Assembly (NCBI GenBank): GCA_900128585.1
Contig: LT642186.1
Span: 1-38,965, forward strand
Direction: 5' to 3'
Length of the DNA stretch: 38,965 nt
Source of the DNA: Stramenopiles sp. TOSAG23-3
Taxonomy: Eukaryota
The stretch's first letter is position 1; every line of letters starts with the position of its first letter. Shown one piece after another: positions 28,419 to 38,892 of the stretch. The translations under genes and the position numbers were made by a program. The notes beneath the pieces were generated by a model that saw only the letters and a program-made list of their open reading frames with translations, was not told the DNA's origin and did not search any database.

Positions 28419-29986
28419 GCTGCGTTAAAAATGCACTGGTCTAAAGCATTAACCTGTGCCAGAAGACAGTCCAACGTTTTTCTGTCTCTTTTTTCGAACC
28501 AAGTGTGAAAAGAATCGGGACCTGCATAACTCAATGTGTCAAAAAATTATTAAGAGTGAATTCCATCAATTATCTTTTGTTCTAATGTCTGTAAGGTACC
28601 TCCAAGTCGTTTGTGTCGTACCGATATATATGTCATAATAATATATTATAATTAAACAAACAAGATGAGATATGATAAGAAGAAATAAAATAATAAAAAA
28701 AAGAAGAAGTATAGAAGAAGAAGAAATTCAATAATAATTAATAAAATCGATCGATCGATCACAACACCACAGCAAGAAAAGAAGAACATCTCCTCGCACT
28801 TTTTATAATTTTTTTAATTAAAACTCCTCGACGTTGATTAATTATTTATTGAAAGAACAATTGTATTGTAAATACAGGCAATAATATATATAAGCATACA
28901 TTCAACCCAGATAACGGTTCCTTGTTTCCTTTTCCCTCCTCCCTCGGATATAACCCTTCATTCTAACTCTACTCTTTAAAAGTACATAGCTGTCCTCTTC
29001 CTAAGCTATTTTACACTTACTGTGCGGTTACGAGGACTCTTCCTACAGTATTTAAATGTCTTCTTTTCCTTCATCATGTTGTACCGGCATAATAATATTA
29101 TATAATGGCCCCACCCCTCTCTTCTCTCTTCTTCTTCGTTACCACGGTTCCGGGTTCGATACTTCGGTATTAATTATATAATATTTTCACCACACATGCT
29201 ATTACCTTTTTACTGTTGTATTCCTGAGTTCCCAATTACAGACGATTCTTCTGTATCACATCATGTAATAAATATAATTAAAAAAGAGAAGGAAAGAAAA
29301 CAAAACAATAAATGGCTGTGAGATTACGACAGTTTTCTTATTCTAAAATATAATACAAGTACATAATGTTTCGCTAAAAATATATGGAAAAAACGAAACT
29401 CTAAAAAAAAAGCTCGAATATTATATGTATATAGGTAAGAATATTATCTTAGTATACTATTTTACATATTTAAACCACATATTTCTGTTCTTAATAAGAA
29501 TTCGATGAGATCGAATGGACTGACCACCGTCCATCTCTCCACAACTTCTCACATATGGTTTGGAAGTCATATTAAATTATGTAATACTATATTAATCTAA
29601 ATTATTTAGACATATTATTTATATTTAAATGCATTTATGTATTTATGTATATTATGAATTTCTTAGTTTTTTCTCTTTTCTCACGTTCGTACCGTTCCTT
29701 CTTCTTTTCTCGTCCTTCTTCTTCTTTCTCTTCTGATTATTTTATTATTTAATAATAAAAGAGAATAAAACGAAAAAATAATAATAATTATTATTAATAA
29801 TATAATAATAATAACAAAAAATTAGTACAAAAGTTGTTACTAGAACTATGTTCGTTCTAGTCGCGTGTACATTTGAAATTGGCTGCAACGATTTGTTTAA
29901 CGGTTTTTCCAAAACGTCTTCTTCGTAAATTTAGGTATTAATCAATACAGACGAGAAAAAAAGTATTGTAATTGCAGGTATTAAAC

Positions 29987-30886
29987 ATGAACGCTATCCG
30001 AGGTTTAGTCGCTAAAATCCCAAAGCCATCTGGTGGTGGCGGAGGACCGAGTGAAGGTACACGAGCCTTGTTCGGCCTTTTAGGTCTCACTGGGTTCGTG
30101 GGGGCGTGCGCTTATGAGTCGTTCTACGATATTCAGCCGGGTACCCGGGCGATTCTTTTCAGTCGCATCACCGGGATCAGGAGTGACATTATCGAACCAG
30201 GAGCTCACTTTCTGCTTCCGTTTATTGAGCGGCCGATAATATTCGACGTGAAGAAGAGACCTCGTAACATACAGTCCTTAACCGGTAGTAACGACTTGCA
30301 AATGGTTACATTGAACGTGCGTGTTCTTACCCGCCCCCGTGTAAGCAAACTGCCAAGCATTTACCAAGAATTAGGGGACGATTACGACGACCGAGTTTTG
30401 CCTTCGATTGTCAACGAAGTGTGCAAGATGGTAGTCGCCCAGTACAACGCAACGCAGCTGCTGACCCAGCGTGCACAGGTGAGCATGCGAATTAAAGACG
30501 AGCTTATTGCGCGTGCGGACAAATTCGATATCATTATGGACGACGTTGCGTTGACAGAGTTGCGATTTAGTAATGAGTTTAGGGCCGCCGTTGAGGCCAA
30601 GCAGGTCGCGCAACAGGATGCGGAGAAAAGCAAGTATTATGTTGTAAAAGCGTTAGAGGAGAAGAAGAGTATTACCATTCGTGCCGAGGGAGAAGCGCGC
30701 AGTGCGGAACTTATCAGTAAATCGATGAAAGACAATCCTGGGTTCATCGAACTTCGTCGTTTGGATACTGCCAAGGAGATTGCCGGGAACATTGCCAGAA
30801 GCCGAAACCAAGTTTACTTGAACGCCGACTCGCTGCTACTCAACTTGCTAGAACGGGTTGACGGAAGTTCTCATCACGCCAAATAA
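29987..30886 (+). CDS. PHB2: Prohibitin-2 (mitochondrial SPFH protein)
   Basis: 'RPRNIQSLTGSNDLQMV', 'YDDRVLPSIVNEV', 'AVEAKQVAQQDAE', 'NPGFIELRRL...VYLNADSLLLNL' (PHB2-type C-terminus). First ATG is at 29987; the track start at 29972 is a TTG. Confidence 0.93.
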   Translation: MNAIRGLVAKIPKPSGGGGGPSEGTRALFGLLGLTGFVGACAYESFYDIQPGTRAILFSRITGIRSDIIEPGAHFLLPFIERPIIFDVKKRPRNIQSLTGSNDLQMVTLNVRVLTRPRVSKLPSIYQELGDDYDDRVLPSIVNEVCKMVVAQYNATQLLTQRAQVSMRIKDELIARADKFDIIMDDVALTELRFSNEFRAAVEAKQVAQQDAEKSKYYVVKALEEKKSITIRAEGEARSAELISKSMKDNPGFIELRRLDTAKEIAGNIARSRNQVYLNADSLLLNLLERVDGSSHHAK

Positions 30887-31164
30887 GTGAACGAGATTCT
30901 AGAGGGATGCCAAGTGCCCCGACGGACTCATTGGCCTATGCTACGATTACGAGAGAAAAATGCGTTTCAATGAGCACAAAAGGTGGTGTGTTGAGTCAAG
31001 CACTTCTTGCGAAAAAGAAGTGCACAGTCTCAAGATTTCCTATAAAACTCTAGAATTAACTTTATCTAATATCTTATCTTGCAAACTAAGAATTCTTACT
31101 CGTATCAAGAATTTTCTTAAGGGTATTTGCATTTTGTTCTTTTTCTCTTTCGCACTTCTTAAAA

Positions 31165-34100
31165 CTACGGGCAATGTTTCCCTGGCCAGATGACGTTCGC
31201 CAGTGTACTTGCAGCTTCCGCGTTGGACACCAGCTGCACGCCCTGCTCCGTGATCATTTTTCCATGCTTGTCCACAAACACGAGTTTCGGTAAACCCTGT
31301 ACATTGTACTTCTCTCCCAGGCGTTCCCTTGCGTCTACCTCATTATATGGAACTGCCGCCCAAGGCATCTCTTCATAGTATGTCTTGAATTTCCCGGCAG
31401 TGTGGCAGTTTGACACGAAAACTATTTGTAGGCCGTGGCCGGCTTTCTTCAACTCGGAGTACGCTTCGATTAGTTTTGGGGTAAATTTACGGCAGGGGGG
31501 GCACCAATTTGCAGAAAAGTATATGCCAACAACATCGCTTTTGCCGAGAACTTCGCTGGTTGGCTTTTCCGCCATGCTTGCCCCTTCCAACAATGTACTG
31601 CCAAAGCCTTTCGAGGCATCCGTACCAGGGGGCAAACTGCCGGGCAACGGTTTCTTTTTCTTTCTTCTGCGATTCAACAGGGTCAACTCCTTTCCGGCAT
31701 TTTTCATACCAGGCTCATTCCCAACAATTTTTTCCAACCCTTGCTGTTTTATTTTACGACGGATTCGTTTCATCTCGTCGTGCATTGATTCATCCATCAA
31801 AGGCAATATGGCTTGCTTTAAATTGCCGTACATGCCGCCGATTAAACTTTCCTGCTGCGCCAACATTTTCTTAACTCGCTGCCGCTCTTTGGGGGCTTCA
31901 AAACAAGCGGGGCAGTTCTCGTTGATTACTGGAAGCTTTGCTTCATAGGCGAACTTCTTTAGTTGAGACTCTCGGGTGTAAGCAAATGGTCGAATAACTC
32001 TGATGTCTCCTGCGCCTATGGTGTAATTCGCTTTCATTGTGCGAAGCTGCCCATTGTGAAACGCTGACATGACGAAGCTTTCTGCAAGGTCGTCCAAATG
32101 CTGGGCCAGGACGAGGACATTGTAACCTTCCTTGCGGCAACACGAATACAAAGCCCCACGTTTCATCCTGGAGCAATAGGCACAAATAGATGTTCCCTCC
32201 ATTTCCGTCTTTGCCCTGTCCATAATTTTCTCCGATAGATAAAAATAGGGTATTCCCAGGCTTTTCATGTAAGCAATCAACGGGCTTGGGTCAAACGCAT
32301 CGGTTCCAGGGTCCACAGTCGCAGCAGCAAGCTCGAACTTGATCGGGGACCGTTTTTGTAAGTTGTGCAGGACGTGGAGAAGGGTCAAGGAGTCTTTGCC
32401 CCCCGACAATCCCAACAAAAGTCGATCGCCCGGTTGAACCATTTTCCATTGCGCCATTGCTTGGCCGACGGAGCGGTAAATTTTTTTGGGCGGTTTTGGA
32501 AACAAAGTTGCTCTGTTGTTTTTGGCCGACTGCAAGGCCGCATTTGAGGCTGCCTTGGACAAGTTCGCCGCGCCGGTCGATTCTCTTTTCCCGCTTGCAG
32601 AACGCAGGGGATATTTTTCCTTTTTTTTCTTCTTTCCGTTCGAATACGAGTGGGCTTTGGTCCCGCTTCCCGCGCCCGATTCAGGCTTCCCCCCCACCTC
32701 TTCCCATTTTCTTTTTCTCACCTGGCGGTTTTCGCCCGTGTCCGCCCCACGGCTGTACTGCCGTGGATACAGGCCGCCTGCGACCTCCTCCAAAGAAGTT
32801 AGAGACCCAATTTCTTCGGCCAAGTTCGTTTTGCTTTCAAGGGCATCCGTGGCTTCGGAAGGCAGCACGCACCATCGTAAGCCCGATTCCACCATGTGTG
32901 TTTGGTCTATGCCTAACCCTTCTTTTCCTGCGTTGCTTCGGGCTGCGTCAAACAACCCGTCGGCTTCTTTCTTTGCGCGGCTCATCCACTCCTTTGCGTC
33001 TGGGAGATGACTTCCACCAACAGCAGCATTCACCAAACTGTCGGTATCAAATGCGTGCGAAAGCCATTTTCGCTCGACAAACTTCGTAATTCTCGACCGA
33101 TGTTTCCATTCACCAGTTTTGTGATTGAAGCGATAAAAGGGGAGAAGCTTCCATCCCTTTGTCGCAATATCCCCAATAGCATGGGTGATGTACAAAACTT
33201 CTTCCTCTGCCAAAAAGTATGGAAAGCTCAAACGGCTAAAACCAGGGCGCAAATATTCGTTCTTCTCGATGCACGCAGCCTCAAACCTCTGGGCCGTGCT
33301 GTAATCAATGCTCAGCAATGCTTGCCCGTACGGCCCGGCACACTGGCAACCGCCCCGACTCTGGATTCCATACAGATCATTCAGCAAGGCGCAAACGTAA
33401 TTGTAGTGAAGAAAACGCTTTTCGCCTCCACACTCGATCAAAAACGACAGAATTGGTAGTCGCTGAACCGTAGTGCTTCCTAGAATATGAACTTGCGGAA
33501 ACGTCTCCAGCACTTCAGTGACTAACTTCCAATTCCTTTCTTCGAGCTTATGAATCAACGCCGTTCCTACTTTCTGTTTCAAATGAAACGCCAAACCAGC
33601 CCGGGCGCTCCCTAATATGTTCGGCGTCCCCCCCTCCTCCCGCTCTTCACGGTTTGCCAAGTACCGATGGTCACGGTCCGTTACGAAAAACACCGTCCCG
33701 CCCCCTGGCTGTTCTGGCACGGCGTTGGACAGAAGGCGCTTTTTTACAACCAAAATGCCTGGGGACCCGGGGCCCCCGACCATTTTGTGCGGTGACAAGA
33801 ACACGGCGTCCTTATATACAAATGCCCGTCCTTCACCTGGCACGACGGGATTCATGTCTATCTTCATGTATGGTCCCGCGGTTGCGCAGTCCCAGAAGGC
33901 TAGACCCCCTGCGCGATGCATCATTTCCGTGATCTCGTGGGCGGGCGCAACGATCCCGGTAATGTTTGAGGCCATGGTAAACGAGCCAATCTTTAGCTTT
34001 CTGCCTTTGTATTTTTCTAATTTCAATTTCAAGTCGACGACATCAAACGCACCATCAGCGTTTTCTTTCACATGAATGACGTCCGCATGGGACTCCCGCC

Positions 34101-34641
34101 ACGGCAAAATATTGGAGTGGTGCTCATGGGGGCCCACAAAGACCACGGCACGCTCGCTTTCGGGGGGCGTAGTGCCGTCTTTCTGGGTGGGGGCGTGGTT
34201 CAGCCCCAGGATCGCCACCAATTTGTTGATAGCTCCGGTACATCCGCTCCCAACAAAGAGCACAACGTCCTCTTTCGTGTTGCAATTCAATGACTGGGAT
34301 ATTATTTGTCTTGCCTCGTGGCGAAAGCATGTTGACTGCAGCCCAGTAATCGACGTGGTGGTATGCGTGTTTCCGTACAACGGCATTACTTGGTTCTGAA
34401 GATACTTTTCCACAAAGGAAAGGTTCCGGCCGCTGGCTGTCCAGTCCGCATACAAGATTTGGCGTTTGCCATAAGGCCCCAAAAACGTCGAACCATGCCC
34501 TATGATACTGTCATGAATTCGTCTCACAAACTCTTGTGACTGACTGCTACCTTCGTCCCCGCTTGCCCGTTTAGTCTCCAACCCAGACCCTGTTGGGTCA
34601 ACGCGGCCTCCCAACTCTTCGTAAAAGGAGCGGTGGTACAT
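31165..34641 (-). CDS. Three-domain fusion: class-V PLP cysteine desulfurase-like + TtcA-type tRNA 2-thiocytidine synthase + nucleoredoxin/tryparedoxin-type thioredoxin
   Basis: Desulfurase: YADWTASG, HEHHSN, SPHK (33784-33795), RGGCQCAGPY. TtcA: SGGKDS (32389-32406), CAYC (32173-32184), HLDD, CPAC (31903-31914). Trx: YFSANWCPPC (WCPPC 31492-31506), IVFVS, MPWAAVPY, GLPKL. One uninterrupted 1158-aa ORF. Confidence 0.92.
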   Translation of the reverse strand: MYHRSFYEELGGRVDPTGSGLETKRASGDEGSSQSQEFVRRIHDSIIGHGSTFLGPYGKRQILYADWTASGRNLSFVEKYLQNQVMPLYGNTHTTTSITGLQSTCFRHEARQIISQSLNCNTKEDVVLFVGSGCTGAINKLVAILGLNHAPTQKDGTTPPESERAVVFVGPHEHHSNILPWRESHADVIHVKENADGAFDVVDLKLKLEKYKGRKLKIGSFTMASNITGIVAPAHEITEMMHRAGGLAFWDCATAGPYMKIDMNPVVPGEGRAFVYKDAVFLSPHKMVGGPGSPGILVVKKRLLSNAVPEQPGGGTVFFVTDRDHRYLANREEREEGGTPNILGSARAGLAFHLKQKVGTALIHKLEERNWKLVTEVLETFPQVHILGSTTVQRLPILSFLIECGGEKRFLHYNYVCALLNDLYGIQSRGGCQCAGPYGQALLSIDYSTAQRFEAACIEKNEYLRPGFSRLSFPYFLAEEEVLYITHAIGDIATKGWKLLPFYRFNHKTGEWKHRSRITKFVERKWLSHAFDTDSLVNAAVGGSHLPDAKEWMSRAKKEADGLFDAARSNAGKEGLGIDQTHMVESGLRWCVLPSEATDALESKTNLAEEIGSLTSLEEVAGGLYPRQYSRGADTGENRQVRKRKWEEVGGKPESGAGSGTKAHSYSNGKKKKKEKYPLRSASGKRESTGAANLSKAASNAALQSAKNNRATLFPKPPKKIYRSVGQAMAQWKMVQPGDRLLLGLSGGKDSLTLLHVLHNLQKRSPIKFELAAATVDPGTDAFDPSPLIAYMKSLGIPYFYLSEKIMDRAKTEMEGTSICAYCSRMKRGALYSCCRKEGYNVLVLAQHLDDLAESFVMSAFHNGQLRTMKANYTIGAGDIRVIRPFAYTRESQLKKFAYEAKLPVINENCPACFEAPKERQRVKKMLAQQESLIGGMYGNLKQAILPLMDESMHDEMKRIRRKIKQQGLEKIVGNEPGMKNAGKELTLLNRRRKKKKPLPGSLPPGTDASKGFGSTLLEGASMAEKPTSEVLGKSDVVGIYFSANWCPPCRKFTPKLIEAYSELKKAGHGLQIVFVSNCHTAGKFKTYYEEMPWAAVPYNEVDARERLGEKYNVQGLPKLVFVDKHGKMITEQGVQLVSNAEAASTLANVIWPGKHCP

Positions 34642-34839
34642 TTATCTCCTACAAAAACAATATATCTTTCTTGTGCTAGCTAGCAACGACACGCACTTGA
34701 ACTTCTCAATGTTTCTCTTGTCCTATCCTCTGCTTCCAAATGGTTGTCTTTTCTCTATCCATTCATTTCCTCCATTTTTTCTGTTCCATATTCCGTACAT
34801 TCGCACACCCTTGATCCCAACGGGTGCGCTTTCATTATT

Positions 34840-34863
34840 GGTGGTGGTGGTGGTGGTGGTGGT
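34840..34863. repeat. (GGT)8 microsatellite
   Basis: Direct reading of the sequence. Confidence 0.9.
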
Positions 34864-34929
34864 TTTGATGATGGCCTATGTGAGCAAATGACTTTGTATT
34901 TTACATCTCGATGCTGTGCTTGCTATAAG

Positions 34930-35072
34930 TGATAAATGTCGCATTTTTTAAAAATTATTTTGGAAAACCTTTTTTATTATTCTAATGTGTTTTTTGATAG
35001 GATATTTATTACATAGCCATATCATTGGGTATAGGTTTCCAAAATAATTTTAAAATGCGACATCATTTATCA
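34930..35072. repeat. Imperfect inverted repeat with about 40-bp arms (hairpin or MITE-like)
   Basis: Left arm 34930-34970 tgataaatgtcgcattttttaaaaattattttggaaaacct; right arm 35033-35072 aggtttccaaaataattttaaaatgcgacatcatttatca. Reverse-complementary apart from small indels. Confidence 0.85.
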
Positions 35073-35370
35073 TCATCACTACTTGGATATACATACACAT
35101 TGCTCAAATGCAGCGGCATGATGTGTACCTGGTAGAGACTCAACTATGGGAAGCTTAGTTAACTGTAACTTTAGAGTACGAACCAGTATCAATACTGTTC
35201 GATAGGGTGATACAATACTAAATTTACATAGGGATTATTTTTACAAACTAAAATTATTTTGGAGTGCTGTTGACAGGGTGGTAAATGTACTAAATACATA
35301 CAAAAGGGCAAAGCCGCATTTTTTATCGACTACTAATAATATTATTATTAAATAATAATAAAAACAGTGT

Positions 35371-38160
35371 TCACGCTTCCCAGGAGTCTCGTCGGGCCAG
35401 TGGCCTGCCTTTTCTTCTCTTATCCGGAAAGTTGCCATGTGCGGGAGTTTTCCGTGCCCTATTAGTTTTTATTTTCGCCTCGATTGGCTGCATTTCACTC
35501 GGGGTAAACAGCAACTGATTCCCTCTCACGTCAATCGTGAGCGTGGTACCGTTACAAGCTGATCCTGATAAAATCATTTCGCTGATGGGCGTAATCAACG
35601 CGTGCTCGATGAAACGCTGGAGTGGTCGCGCACCCAGTTCAGGATCGTACGCTTCTTTCACGATAAAGTCCAAGACTGGCGGTTTCACGTCCAACAATAT
35701 ACCCGATGAAGCAATTCTTTTGGCAATAGCGCTAATGTGGATGTTGCATATCGTCTTGAGCTGTTCGGTTTTCAACGGTTTAAAGATACAAATGTCGCTC
35801 AAGCGGTTTAGAAACTCAGGTCGAAAATGCTTCTGCACTTCTTCCATTGCCCTTTCTTCTCCCTGCGATAAACTGATCTTTTCCCCCGAAGAAGATACTT
35901 TTCTCCGTTTTGAGGTGCTGGCTTGTTCTTGAAGCAAATGCCGTGCTCCAATGTTCGATGTCAAGATGACCACTGTGTTGCAAAAGTCTACAGTACGCCC
36001 CAATGAATCTGTCAAACGACCGTCGTCAAGCACTTGCAGCAACACGTTCAATACGTCAGGGTGTGCTTTTTCCACCTCATCAAAAAGTATGACACTGTAA
36101 GGTCTCCTTCGAACGGCTTCCGTCAGTTGACCGCCCGCATCGTGGCCAACATAGCCCGGTGGCGCGCCAATCAAACGGGAAATGCTATGCTTCTCCATGT
36201 ATTCGGACATGTCGATTCTCACCATGTGCTTTTCGCTGTCAAATAATTCTCCGGCCAACGCTTTTGCCAATTCGGTCTTTCCAACTCCTGTGGGACCAAG
36301 AAACATAAATGAACCAGTCGGTTGGTTGGGTCGTGCCAATCCAGCACGGGATCGAAGCACTGCAGCTGCGACGCTCTTTACTGCCGGTTGGCCAACGACC
36401 CGCCTGCTCAGTCGTTCTCCCAACTTTAAAAGCCTGTCTTTCTGGGATTGGTTTAGTTTGGACACGGGAATAGATGTCCAGCGGCTGACTACTTCAGCAA
36501 TTTGATCTTCGTCCACACATTCTGTCAACAAAGACTTGCTGCCTTCGGCGTCGCCCAGGGCGCGGGCTGCTTCTCTTTCTTGATCAATTTCCTGAGACAA
36601 AGCTTTCAGCCTGCTCTCGGTGTCTGGAATGGCATAGTACTGCAAATCACTTGCAGTGGCGATGTCACCGTTCCGCTTGGCATCAGAAGCTTTCTTTCGC
36701 AGCCTGTCGAGTTTTTCTTTCAGTCGCTTTATCGCATCGACTCTCCCCCTCTCTTGCTCCCATTTTGCTTTCAGTGGAAGCAAAGATTCCTGGACGTGTG
36801 CTAACTGACGCTTCACCTCCTCCTTTCGCTTCTGGCTTGCATTGTCTTTTTCGCGCTTCAGAGCTGCCAGTTCAATTTCCAACTGAAGCTTGGATCTCTC
36901 CAGCTTGTCGATTTCTTCTGGGCGGCTGTCCAGCTGGACACGGACGCTTGCACAAGCTTCATCGACGAGGTCGATCGCCTTGTCTGGTAAAAAACGCTGT
37001 AAAATATAACGGCTGGACAATTTCGCAGCGGAGACGAGCGCGGCATCCGTAATACGCACACCATGGTGGGTTTCGTAGCGTTCTTTTAAGCCTCGAAGAA
37101 TAGACACAGTTGACGGTATGCTGGGCTCCCCAACAAATACTTGTTGGAATCGTCGTTCAAACGCTGCGTCTTTCTCCACGTGCTGTCGGTACTCGTCTAA
37201 CGTAGTAGCCCCAATGCAGCGCAGTTTTCCACGCGCAAGCAACGGTTTCAGCAGGTTCGCAGCGTCCATTGCCCCGTTCGACTTTCCAGCGCCCATCAAC
37301 AAGTGCATTTCGTCGATGAATAGAATAACGTCTTTGCCGGACGAACCTTGCTCTTTGCCAACGACTTCCTGCAGTACTGACTTCAGCCGCTCTTCAAACT
37401 CTCCCTGGTACTTTGCGCCCGCCACTAGCGCACCCATGTCCAAAGACCAAAGCTCGCAGTGCAAGTTTTGAGGAATATCGTTGGCAACGATGCGCTGAGC
37501 GAGTCCTTCTACGATCGCAGTTTTTCCTACTCCTGGCTGCCCAATGAGTACAGGGTTATTCTTCGTGCGACGTGCAAGAATTTGAATCACTCTTCTGATC
37601 TCCTCGTCCCTGCCAATAACTGGATCTAACTCGCCCTGGGCTGCTCTTTCGCATAAGTTGATGCCATACTTTGACAATGCTTCAAAGTGCTGGTCCCCTG
37701 TCCTGGAGTTGACCGACTTTCCTTTGCATAACGTTTGAATGGCATCTCGCAGCGCGAGCTTTTGAATCCCATTTTTTTTCAAGGCCTTCGAAAGTGCTGG
37801 TGTTTCGGACAATGCAAGTAGTAAGTGGTGCTCTCCTAGGTACGAGTCTCCTGATTTGCTCTTCAACTTGGCTGCTTTCTGCAAAACTTCTCGGAAGCTT
37901 CCGGATGGGGACGGGTCCGTCGGTGCCGGGCTTTGTCTTGGGTACGACATCAGAACCTGCCGAAGGGTTTTTGTTACTGAAGTGGCCGAGACGGTCATCT
38001 TTTCAAGTATGTTAAACCCGAGCGACCCTGGCTCTGAAAACATTACCATTGCTAGGTGCTCAGGAAAGTATTGTGCATGGCTAAACTCACGGGCCAAATT
38101 TGGTACGTGGGTTCCTAAGATTTCAAGCGTCCTCTCTGTCATTTTGTTTGGGTCGCTCAT
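35371..38160 (-). CDS. HSP104: ClpB/Hsp104 (Hsp100) disaggregase, cytosolic type
   Basis: Clp N-domain; NBD1 GQPGVGKT and ILFIDEMH; coiled-coil M-domain; NBD2 [46 protein letters not shown]. No obvious transit peptide. Confidence 0.96.
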   Translation of the reverse strand: MSDPNKMTERTLEILGTHVPNLAREFSHAQYFPEHLAMVMFSEPGSLGFNILEKMTVSATSVTKTLRQVLMSYPRQSPAPTDPSPSGSFREVLQKAAKLKSKSGDSYLGEHHLLLALSETPALSKALKKNGIQKLALRDAIQTLCKGKSVNSRTGDQHFEALSKYGINLCERAAQGELDPVIGRDEEIRRVIQILARRTKNNPVLIGQPGVGKTAIVEGLAQRIVANDIPQNLHCELWSLDMGALVAGAKYQGEFEERLKSVLQEVVGKEQGSSGKDVILFIDEMHLLMGAGKSNGAMDAANLLKPLLARGKLRCIGATTLDEYRQHVEKDAAFERRFQQVFVGEPSIPSTVSILRGLKERYETHHGVRITDAALVSAAKLSSRYILQRFLPDKAIDLVDEACASVRVQLDSRPEEIDKLERSKLQLEIELAALKREKDNASQKRKEEVKRQLAHVQESLLPLKAKWEQERGRVDAIKRLKEKLDRLRKKASDAKRNGDIATASDLQYYAIPDTESRLKALSQEIDQEREAARALGDAEGSKSLLTECVDEDQIAEVVSRWTSIPVSKLNQSQKDRLLKLGERLSRRVVGQPAVKSVAAAVLRSRAGLARPNQPTGSFMFLGPTGVGKTELAKALAGELFDSEKHMVRIDMSEYMEKHSISRLIGAPPGYVGHDAGGQLTEAVRRRPYSVILFDEVEKAHPDVLNVLLQVLDDGRLTDSLGRTVDFCNTVVILTSNIGARHLLQEQASTSKRRKVSSSGEKISLSQGEERAMEEVQKHFRPEFLNRLSDICIFKPLKTEQLKTICNIHISAIAKRIASSGILLDVKPPVLDFIVKEAYDPELGARPLQRFIEHALITPISEMILSGSACNGTTLTIDVRGNQLLFTPSEMQPIEAKIKTNRARKTPAHGNFPDKRRKGRPLARRDSWEA

Positions 38161-38190
38161 GTTGGCGGTATGTGGTGTAGTTATTTTGTT

Positions 38191-38258
38191 TGTTTTGTGT
38201 TTATAATTTGTTGCTGTCTGTTTTATGTTTATAATTTGTTGCTGTTTGTTTTATGTTT
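38191..38258. repeat. 28-bp tandem repeat (about 2.4 copies) just upstream of the Hsp104 ATG
   Basis: tgttttgtgtttataatttgttgctgtc / tgttttatgtttataatttgttgctgtt / tgttttatgttt. Confidence 0.85.
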
Positions 38259-38338
38259 TGTTTTGAACCATTTATTGAATTTTTTCTTTGATCTTTATAT
38301 TTATTTTTAACATACTGCACAAGAATGAGTTTTCAGTT

Positions 38339-38392
38339 TTTTTACACTTTAAGGTACAGGTACCGTTTTTACACTTTAAGGTACAGGTACCG
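38339..38392. repeat. 27-bp perfect tandem repeat x2
   Basis: tttttacactttaaggtacaggtaccg at 38339-38365 and 38366-38392. Confidence 0.9.
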
Positions 38393-38650
38393 CACGCCGT
38401 TTTTTACCCACACAACACACAACAACACCAATTTCTCTTTTTTATTAATTTTGAAATAAATAACAGGTCAATATCATTTATATAAGTGCAATTAGGCGAA
38501 AAATTACATATTCCTATTGTATATAGACACAGCATATACATTTTAAAATACGATGATACCACGCACAACAAATGAAAAAAGAAGAAGTCAATCAAGAAGA
38601 AGAAAAAGGTCAATAGCAGCGCATACAATACTATTATCACCATACCCCGG

Positions 38651-38676
38651 TACGGTACCAGGTACCTGGTACCGTA
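38651..38676. repeat. 26-bp perfect palindrome
   Basis: tacggtaccaggtacctggtaccgta equals its own reverse complement. Confidence 0.9.
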
Positions 38677-38892
38677 AAATACTAGAACGACTATTATTAT
38701 TATTATTATACCAAGTAAATAATACTTTAAAAAGAAGAAGAGAAGAAGAGAAGAAGAATCGAGAAGAAGTACAGAAGGATTCGAGATTGTTAATGCTGTG
38801 TTTATATATATAGCCTAAAATTAAGCATAATAACTGTTTTATGTTTTCCCCCGCACGTGTTCTTTGACGGGTTGACGGGGTTGTACCTGCCG

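Noticed and set aside
29848-29986. Possible upstream exon or intron for PHB2 (ttgcag acceptor-like site)
   Set aside because: ATG at 29987 already gives a full-length PHB2-like N-terminus; no donor or exon could be supported.
795-38206. Many overlapping or antisense ORFs in the track (e.g. 795-1397, 20774-21625, 22882-23604, 32457-33089)
   Set aside because: Shadows of well-supported genes; no recognisable motifs.
38339-38392. 27-bp direct repeats as a possible CRISPR
   Set aside because: Adjacent copies without spacers, no cas genes, eukaryotic context.
38700-38800. Possible heat-shock elements upstream of Hsp104
   Set aside because: GAA runs are purine-rich simple sequence; no alternating nGAAn/nTTCn array with correct spacing.
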